Below, piece by piece: positions 54,555 through 64,000 of a stretch of 64,000 nt of DNA. The first letter of the stretch is position 1. Every line of letters begins with the position of its first letter. The notes below the pieces were generated by a model. The model was not told where the DNA came from, ran no database searches, and saw only the letters and a list, made by a program, of their open reading frames with translations. The position numbers and the translations under genes were made by a program. Source of the stretch: Chrysomallon squamiferum (Eukaryota; Animalia; Mollusca); contig CM022679.1 in NCBI GenBank assembly GCA_012295275.1, positions 25,792,001 to 25,856,000 of the forward strand, in the 5' to 3' direction.

Positions 54555-56894
54555 ATGTCATTTCGAGGTCGTGGAGGGGGTGGACGTAGTTTTCGTGGTG
54601 GAGGAGGAAGAGGTAACGTAATATTTGAATTAAGAAAATATATGTATTTTAATAAATATATATTTCTTTTGCTTTGATATAAATTTTAGAAAGTACCCTT
54701 TTTTGGATTCCTAGATTATAGATAGAAATATTTTTAATTATTAAAGAAAAACACATTTGTTATGATAAAACATTAATGCAATTATTAAACTTGTTGCTGT
54801 TGTTGTTTCAGGTGGTGGTAGAGGTGGGGGACGGGGTGGTTACCGGGGTGGTGGAGGTGGAAGATTTTATCAGGATCAAGGACCCCCAGAGGAGGTTGTA
54901 GGTATGTATTTCAGTGTCTTTGTTTATTTAATACTTTTTACATTTGCCTCAGAGTTTCTTTTTTTGTTCTTTTATTCAATATAAGTTTATATTAAATAAA
55001 AGAATGAAAATTAAACTTGTGGAAAATATTGTTATTTCTATTTTCTAAATACCGAAAGTCGCATAAATAAAGTTTAGATAACCTGGAGTTTGTAAAATTG
55101 CTAGTCCATTTATCAGTATCTGTCAAATGCTAATAATTGTTTTTTTTTGTTTTCTTGTTCTTTCAGAAATGGGTTTTTTTACCCACCCTTGTGAAGATGA
55201 CTTAGTGTGCAAATCAACCAATGAAAAAATTCCTTACTTTAATGCACCGATTTTTCTCGATAACAAGCAGCAAGTTGGAAAAGTGGATGAAATATTTGGT
55301 CAGATCAAAGATGTTGTATCTTTTCTTCAAATAAGAACATTAAGTAATAATGTTAATGATAAATTACCACGAGCTTTCATATTACTAATTTATTACCTCT
55401 TATTAAAATGACTAAAACTCTCTTTTATGTAAATTTCCTTACCTTTTGAAGTATTTTTCTGTTAAACTTTCTGGGTACATGAAAGCAACTTCTTTCTCCA
55501 AGGCCACAAAAGTAAGTAGTTGATTTTATTTAAAAAAAAAAATTATATACAATAGTTTTAAGCAATTTATGTATGACATATTTATTTTGAATTACAATAA
55601 TTTATTTTAAAAATGAAATGTTTAAAAAATCGGAGTCTGGAATTTTTGTGGGACTGACTTCTGATGTCATAACAAATATTTAACTTTCATATTATTGTCA
55701 GTTTTGGTGTTTAAAAAACCCTCTGAAATAAACAACAAGACCAAAGGGGAATTAATGTAGCTGCTGAAATAAAATGTTAAGATGGCTGAGGGTAGAATCA
55801 ATTTACAAAATTTTATAATTCAGTTTATTCTATAGCCAAAGCTAATTTTGAAAAACACCTTTTCAAAACAACTACGAAAAGTTAAAGTGTACTATTTTGT
55901 AAAATTCACGAATTCTAAAATACACAGGCATGAAAGTCTGTTCATTATTACTTTTTAAATTATATTTGTATTTATTATTATTTATGTTATACGTTTTATT
56001 TATTTTTTCAGTTGTTCATTGACCCTCAAAAACTACTTCCCCTGCAGAGGTTTCTACCAAGGCCACCAGGACAGAAACGAGGCGTTTCCAAGGGAGACAG
56101 AGGACGAGGTGGAGGGGGCAGAGGATTTGGTACAGTCTACTTCAAATCAGTCTCAGCTGGTTTCTTTTCACTGAGTTTCACTCTTGTTGTTTTACATGTT
56201 GCTGGGACTATATCAGTTTTTATGAAGGGGGTCGCTAGTTCCTAACATTCAGTAATTGCCAGAGAATCATTGGGTATTATTTTATCCAATAGTTAGGCTA
56301 GAATTGGTAGAGACAGATAATGTATTTAAAAATCATCACTATAATGTATATATTTAAAAAGTGACAATATGTTACTAGAAACCTTTAATACAGTTGTCTT
56401 ACTATGGCTGATCCATGGCTTATATTTCTGCTAATGTTTCCAGTGGAAGCTGTTAATTTCAACTTTTGTGTAGTTGTTTATATGTTATGGTTTTAATTTT
56501 ATTACATCTCCATGCATGTTACTGGAGTATTTGGTTTCAACTTAAATGTTGATTGTTTGCATGAATCTGAACAATTTTGTATTTAATTACATTTGCCTAC
56601 ATGTCGGTGGAAACTTCAGTTTTGTAAGTGTGGATTTCTATGCAGTAGTGACTAGTTTCTAAAACTTCTGGTAATTTCCATTTATTGTAAACATCAAATC
56701 TCTCATCATAATTTACAGGTGGCCGAGGAGGTGGATTTAGAGGCGGGCGAGGAGGATTCAGGGGAGGAAGAGGAGGGGACAGGGGTGGCAGAGGTGGAGG
56801 TTTTCGGGGCAGAGGGAGAGGAGACAACAACAGAGGTGGTGGAGGTGGATTCAGAGGAGGAGGAGGTTTTAATTCTAGAAAAAGTTTTGACTGA
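54555..56894 (+). CDS. GAR1: H/ACA ribonucleoprotein complex subunit 1 (GAR1), intact, ~216 aa; coding exons 54555-54612, 54812-54901, 55167-55315, 55452-55511, 56012-56129, 56719-56894
   Basis: Spliced translation [10 protein letters not shown]...[102 protein letters not shown]...RGG tail. This is the canonical Gar1 core between two GAR domains. All introns are GT-AG and phases are compatible (651 nt total). Confidence 0.97.
55316..55451 (+). other. Probable U12-type (minor spliceosome) GT-AG intron in GAR1
   Basis: 5' site GTATCTTTT (U12 consensus GTATCCTT). Branch-like TTTCCTTAC at 55434-55442, ~10 nt from the AG, with no real polypyrimidine tract after it. Confidence 0.75.
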
Positions 56895-58872
56895 AGACAA
56901 GTTTTGTTATTTTTTTTCATTTCTCATTGAAAACAGTTATATTTTGAGAAACTCAAAAGATGAAAAGATGTGGAGCAATTTCGTTTATGAAAATGAAGAG
57001 TGCCTGTCACATTCATTTTTGCCTGCTAAGAAGTCGTGCGTCTCAGTGAAAATGGATTGGCTCTGTGGACTTAATGTGTAACAAGAAGCTCTCTGCTTGA
57101 AAAAGTGTTTTCAGAAATTTTATAAGAAAATTAAAAGAAATATTCTCGTTTGGTGCTGTGAGAAAGAAGAAATTTCTATTCTTTGTATCATGCATCTTTA
57201 AAAATTTAAACTTGTTTTTTTTTCTTCTTTAATTTCATTAAATAAGTCATTTGGGGACCAGTACAAAACTCTGTGATTGTTACCAATTTAGTTAACATTA
57301 TTAGTAACATCGGGTTAAAATTTAGTTACATGGAATTATGTAAAACGAAACAGACTTTTTAGCAATTATTATTAGCTAATAAAATAGCTTAAGAACTGCT
57401 CTTACATTTCTGGGAGACCAAAGACTAAGTAAAAGTTTCTTAATATCTAAATCATGCGTAGTTTAATGTTGGATTGAAAAAAATGAAACACTTGGAACAG
57501 TTAAGAAAAATTAAATACATTTTGATGTATTTATTTAAATGAAATATTTAATAATAAAATATCAACAAGTAAGAAAAACTTATTTCTAATTTTATATTAA
57601 TGGATTTTCTTTTTTTTTCACCACTTACATAATATTGCAATTTGTATTTTTAACAGTATATTCATGGATTTTTGTTTGTTAGGTATATTATTTTAACAAT
57701 CTAAAAATTATTTAAAAAATTTAATGGCAGAAATTTTAATTTTTATAATTATTATTTTTACCGATCCAGTTTGTTAGAGATAAAAAAGAAAAACGTCATG
57801 AAACATTGTTAATTATTACCATCAATAAACTATGAAAGGTCTTCAGTTGTTTGTTGTTCATTGTTGTATTTGTTTTTCATGAACATCTGTATTAGTTATT
57901 ATTATTCAAATCTGTCTGTGATGTGCTGGGAAGAAAAATGTATTAAATGAACAGTAACTTAAAGGGTGATGAAAGCTATTTCATGATGTAAAATAACATT
58001 GGTTTCAGAATCAAACTAACTGTTAGTAGTCAGAAGTCTAATGTCAATTTGGGAAAAATTTTCATAAAAATACCTTGGTTGCCAGCCGTTTTTAAAATCC
58101 CTTTGCATTAAATTCATGTTAAAAATAAGCAAACAAATAGACTAAATTAGCAGCAAAGAATTGTTTTCATATTCCATTTTGGAGATGGCGACAGGTAAGA
58201 TTATCATAATCTTTAATAAACCAGTTGGACATACATGAGATCGATCACAGAAACTATTGTACCTCAGATCATTAACTATGTGCTACAACTCATTTTACAC
58301 GACAATTTTACAACGTATGACCAATGCAAGAGGACTGCCACTTTACCAAGTCGTCAGCTTTTCTGCATCAGTATTGTCCCAGTGATCTTGCTTAAAAAAC
58401 CCACAATATAATAATAATAATAAAGAAAATAATTCCAAAATAATTTATAATGAGACAAATTCAAGAAATATCGCTAACATGACAGCTGAATTTTCCATAT
58501 TGACATCTGTGATATTGATATCAGCATGGCTGCAGAAATCTTTACTACATTTTAGTAATATACGTTTTTAAATTAATCACACTGATATTTTTTATGACGA
58601 ATGACATCTTTATATTTAACATTTGTCTTTTCAATTAGGTCTGTTAATTTTCATTTTGAAATAGGATGCTATTTAAGCCCATTTTTTTTAAAATCCAGTA
58701 ACCGATCCGGCTGAACCCCGTTTAAAATGTAACATCCTCCATCTCTCTGTTTTCAAAACTTAGTGCTGCTTGAAAAACGTTTTTGCTTAATAATATCTTT
58801 GTTATTTGTCGCTTACTAATTCTTCCCAAGGTCGTTCTTGTTGACTGTTAGGTCCCTCATAACAACGATGTT

Positions 58873-59110
58873 TTAGCCATGAAATGAACCATACAATGCA
58901 GTATTATTGAGTCTTTTGATAAAATGCATGCGTTGAGTTGGTACTTGTCTTGGGAAACTGTCTCTTGACAAACAACTCTGGTTCAGGCGTCTGTAGTAGC
59001 CACTGAATGTTGATGTAAATACTTGGCCGCGGTTTAAATCAGTTAATAACACTTCAAGAAGAATGGGATGTGGTGGCTCCAAAGGTAAGTTGTTCGGTGA
59101 CCAGCTCAGA
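58873..59110 (-). other. Probable terminal coding exon (or remnant) of an unidentified gene convergent with GAR1
   Basis: Reads LSWSPNNLPLEPPHPILLEVLLTDLNRGQVFTSTFSGYYRRLNQSCLSR...HFIKRLNNTALYGSFHG*. The duplicate at 20348-20461 keeps the frame and stop with several silent changes. An in-frame TAA lies just upstream. Confidence 0.45.
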
Positions 59111-60374
59111 AATTATTGCAAATTAAAAAAATCGTATTTTCTGTTTGACTTTAATTTTTAACAAGTCAAAATAAAATAAATTATGTATATTAGAGTATCT
59201 TAGATTAGTTGTTTAAGAAAGTTAATGATGCTTTGTGTATTTGTATTATTATATACTACTTTTTAAACCTTTTTTTTTACTGTTTATGATAATTTAAAAA
59301 AAAAAAAAACACACACACATTTAAAAGCTATTTGTAACCTGACACTGAACACCCGTTTATTCCTAACTCTAATTATTTGAATCTTGTTGAGAATGTACTG
59401 ATCATTTTTAATTCATTATTACTGTTATTATATTTAATTTTTTTAAATGTAGAAATTATAGAATAAACACACACACAACACGATGTTCATGTAATATTCG
59501 TTATTCACCAAGTGCTGTTTCTAGCCTTATGCAACTGTCATCTGTAATTATATATTTTATTTTATTTTTAAAATTTATATTCAAACGTCTAAAATAAAAC
59601 AAAAATGGACGTCTTTAACTACATATACAAGAAAGTAAGATTTTTGTTATAGTATTAGGTTTTTTTTTAATCTTTTATAGTTATTTCTCTTTTCCACTTA
59701 TAAATTACGCTCATTGTGGTTATAGAAGACGAGCGAATTTTAAGATTATCATTTTGTTTATTTTATATACATATATTTTTCTTATCGATGATTTTATATT
59801 ATTTGCATTCCTGTTTTATCTTCCATTCATTCATTATATATACCTGAATGCTTTTTATTCTCTCGAAAATAATGAGATTTCTGTCATGGCAGCTTTTCCT
59901 GTAAAGACATTTTTGTTTATTTCGAATAAGCTACAACACCTTACGCGTTATAAACACAGTATTAAAACACTTACAAATGCCATTCTTTCGTTAATTCTTT
60001 CATAAAACCACTTCGACAATGAACATTTCTATATTTAGATATAACGGTGGTCAGAAACTTCATGTGGTCAATGTTTCCATGACGTCTATTGTAGATGTGT
60101 CGGGACCTTGCCGTTCTGGCCTTCTGCTTTCTTTCTCATTACAATAACATGCACTGAATTAATTATTTTGCTTTGGTTACAGACGGCTTATGTACATATA
60201 CACACTGTTTCGTTGCGGTCAGTGACCTTCAGTTATCATTACATTATAACGCTATATTCCTTAGACATATATCAATGCTACATGCTCATGCACACTCATA
60301 TACATACACATCCTTATAATGAATATACTCTAGGCTCATTTATATTGATGAGATCAAAGAATTCAGTACGTAAA

Positions 60375-60421
<47 letters not shown>

Positions 60422-60639
60422 TTTATATATAGATTTTTAGGTTTCTCTGCATTTCTTAGCTAACAACAACAACAAAAAAGATGAATGAACGAATGAATTA
60501 ATATATAAATAAAATAAGATAATAAATAAAGATAAAAAATTTTTAAAAATATAAATTTTAAAATGAAATAAATGTTTATTATTAATTTAACGCAATATTA
60601 ATTGATATATATATTTTTTTTTTCTTTCAAATCAAACAG

Positions 60640-60785
60640 GGTTTTTTAAAGGTGGCAAAGGAGGATGTGGTGGACTGGGAAAAATGTGTGGTTCGGACAG
60701 ACCTCATTCTGGGAAAGGCCACAAAGGTCATGGCAAAAGCAAAGGTCACAAACGTAGGGGAAGTCACTCTTCAAATTCTAGCTAA
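60640..60785 (+). other. Exon-like segment encoding a Gly/Lys/His-rich peptide
   Basis: Pyrimidine tract and CAG| then (x)FFKGGKGGCGGLGKMCGSDRPHSGKGHKGHGKSKGHKRRGSHSSNSS*. It is a GC-richer island in AT-rich DNA. Confidence 0.4.
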
Positions 60786-62016
60786 TTTGTGTTGTAATTT
60801 CTCGGCAACGAAAAGACGCGCAGAAAAACAAGCGTTGACGGATCTTCAGTGTACCCATCAAAACAATAATTTGACTTTCGATTTACTTAGATTAAATAAC
60901 AGAACTGAAACCGTAGTTGTGATATTTAAAAGTTTACCAAGATTGTATGTAGTTAATAAAAAAAGGAAAAACGATTTGGAAATTACTTGTTTATTTATGT
61001 ATTTATTTATTAAACAACAGCAGTAGCAGCAGCAGCAGCAACAACAACAGCAAACATAACAATAATAACAAAAAGCCATTACTTAAACATACAGCTCTCG
61101 AGCAGAAACAATAACAAGGCTGGACAAGTAAAAATAAAACCGCAGGTGTTCTTCGTAGCAAAGAAGGCTAAACCAATGAATTTCGATTGGTTTTATCACT
61201 CAGATACCGGTACATTAACACTGATCATGCAGGCTTTCTTGTACTGGTTGTGTTTTCTTCCTACTAAATGTTTTGAATGTAATATAAGCATTTTATTAAG
61301 TTATATGATAAACATGTTAAAATTAATAATTCAATTATTTAAAACCAAAGCATGTACATTATTTGAAATTAACGAATATTTTATTCAAAAGAGTGGATTA
61401 CAATTATAAAGGGAGAACAGTTATTTAGCCTTACGAAAATCAGAACTAAATTTAAAAAAAAAAAAAAAAAATTATTATTATACAGGAAAACAGTTAGTTT
61501 TATATATTGACTTTAAATGGCATAAATTAAAATTATATAGTCACTATTCAATAAAAAAATCAACGTGTATTCAAGTTAAAATTTAACAACTAAGAATTAT
61601 TATTTGAACAAATTTTGTTAAGCTTTGGGAAAAGTATTATCAATAATATTTTAAATTATTTTAATCTGTTTATATACATTACAAAGATTTGTGGCGTGTA
61701 ATGTAACATATTTACTGTACTCATGAATTTTAATACACATGTAATTATGTCGAATTTTTGTGTTATTAATACTAATTATGTAAACTATTTATCATCAAAC
61801 TTGAAACAATCTCCAAAACAGTCTGCATGTGTATATCAAAAATGTGATGCTATTGAATTAGATACCTCAGAAACTTATTGTGTGGGGTTTTCCACACTCG
61901 CACAAAAAATGACCTCGGCATTTAAAAAAAATATAATAATAAAATAAATAAATAAATAAATAAATAAATAACAACAACAACAACAACAACAACAATAACA
62001 ATAACAATAATAATAA

Positions 62017-62082
<66 letters not shown>

Positions 62083-62992
62083 CATAATCATAATAAATAA
62101 ATAAATAAATAAGATTGATATCCATGTGTGTAATACAAACAAGAAAAACACACACACAAAAAAACCTGCCTTCCAACCATAATCTCCAGTGTTACTGGAA
62201 CTATATCTGTTTCACTGCCTCATGAAAACGACCCGAACGGAAGAAAAGCAGACTCGCAGTAAAAATATTTATTTTTTCGGAGTAGCTTCCCTTGATATCT
62301 TCAGCGCTTGAATCTGGGTTGAAATGATATCGGGGCTTATTATGTGTACATTGTCTGACTGTTCCTCCACCTTGGATAATAAATTATCAAAGTTATTTAG
62401 GAACATCACTTTTCGGTATAATGTTAGTTATAGACTGTGTGGAAGAGACCTACTGCTAAAAGTTTTTTTTGTTAGCATTTTGTTTATTTCTGATGCCTAA
62501 AAAAGCAAGACATCCGCAATCTAGCAATATGAGCATTGATTAACTTCCAGCAAATCTACGAACACCAATTGAACAGACAGAGATATAAAAAGTGTTAGAA
62601 AACAAACTTATGTGTTAACAAATTCTTGGTGGCACATTTTTAATTATTAGTGTTGATATTATTACAATCATCTATCAGTTGATTTTACACAAAAACATAA
62701 GCCTAACACATAAAAAACAACAACAAAAAACCCCATTAATATGCAGAGCTCTCAAGTTTTGATTGTTTGATTATGGACTTAATATTGTTCGTTCGATTTT
62801 AGCACCCAAATTGTTGTTCATTCGTTAAATCAGAAAGAAACAAACCGACCATAATATTACATGTATTATGTACGTAGTGGCAAGATATGCTGACTAAAAA
62901 CATTTCTGTTGTTTCGGACACTGAATTGACTTCGATAAATACATGTGAATTATATATTACCAAAAGTTATTTCTTTCTGTGTGCAGTTGCTG

Positions 62993-62994
<2 letters not shown>

Positions 62995-63078
<84 letters not shown>
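62995..63078. repeat. (TTA)n microsatellite (one of many TAA/TAAA/CA/TG tracts in the window)
   Basis: Seen directly. Confidence 0.98.
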
Positions 63079-63080
<2 letters not shown>

Positions 63081-63779
63081 TAATTAATTAATTAATTAAA
63101 ATTAATTAAACAATTTATTTATTTATTTATTTGTTTATTTATTTGTGTAATTTTCTCCTTTTTAATCAACATTTCTTAAAATACTGTATAGTAGAAAAAA
63201 TAAGAATTTAGTCTTCTAACACTGACTATACTAATTGCTGTATAATGCGGTAACGTACTGATTGAATTTAAGATGTCTGTTTTGGTATTTCAGGTGTATG
63301 TATGTAAGCATTTAAAATATTTAAAATACGTGATAAACTAAAAATTAAAAAATACACGATTAACTAATACAGACCATCTTTACTAAACTCTTAATTAGGA
63401 TGCCTTAATGAATTTTTTTTAATTTTTAAAATTTTTTTTATATGTGTTATATATCTATTTATTTATTTGTTTGTTTAAGGATATTTTATATTAGTTTGAT
63501 ATTACATTTTCATAATAACTGGTTTTGTAAAAGCTAATCATGAATCACTTTCAAACTGGCGATTTTACTGTTGTACTTTACACTATGTAAATCACATACA
63601 TAGAAACTTTTACTCTTTTACGATGTTGATACCAATGGTTAATTGGTGGTTCTTACATTATTTTTATTTTTATGATTTACATATTTTTCTTTCAGATAAA
63701 AAATAAGTGGGTTTCAGTTTTGAAACATTTTACTTATAATTACAAAATTAATTTAGCTGTAATTTTTATTTTAAAAAGA

Positions 63780-63990
63780 GAATTTTATAAAATTTTAATA
63801 GAAATAAATAGACGTTTATATGTATTTCTAAAATAAAGTTCTGATAGTGATGTCGTTTTTTAATTTTTATTTTTCTTCACCCCATTTCAAAATTTTTTAA
63901 GCTTAAAGTCCTAGATTAAATTTTATGATAGAAGTTGTATGTGTTATACTCCGTCCCCTTTTATGACCAGAATATTCATTCAGTATTGAA
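63780..63990 (-). repeat. Inverted copy of ~38314-38520
   Basis: GGTCATAAAAGGGGACGGAGTATAACACATACAACTTCTATCATAAAATTTAATCTAGG at 38335 appears as its reverse complement at ~63910-63968. Confidence 0.9.
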
Positions 63991-64000
63991 AAAAAATATA

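Noticed and set aside
62190-62450. GC-richer stretch with a short minus-strand frame (VMFLNNFDNLLSKVEEQ...)
   Set aside because: Short, interrupted, without a recognisable homologue or clear splice sites.

Overview
AT-rich, microsatellite-rich eukaryotic (metazoan) DNA with spliceosomal introns. An invertebrate such as a mollusc is my guess from composition only. The right end holds an intact six-coding-exon GAR1 gene (54555-56894, +, with a probable U12-type intron), head-to-head with the 5' end of a DDX46/Prp5-like gene that runs into a 200-N gap. The first ~52 kb is a mosaic of local segmental duplications containing many dead minus-strand fragments of PRPF31, pogo/Tigger-like transposon ends, and a family of aegerolysin/actinoporin-like beta-sandwich exons. 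The main observation is two tandem, open-reading, phase-compatible chimeric genes (5689-8311 and 13931-18486). In each, two beta-sandwich exons splice onto exons copied from GAR1: copy A gains a short Arg/Lys-rich tail, and copy B gains an RGG tail from triplicated terminal exons, one expanded to ~160 codons. The copies differ mostly by amino-acid-changing substitutions clustered in short patches, carry TTC-N4-GAA (STAT-like) sites upstream, and copy A keeps a fossil of the displaced ancestral exon at the fusion junction. All gene models were spliced and translated by eye. Family assignments are from memory of protein sequences, not database searches, and nothing here shows expression.
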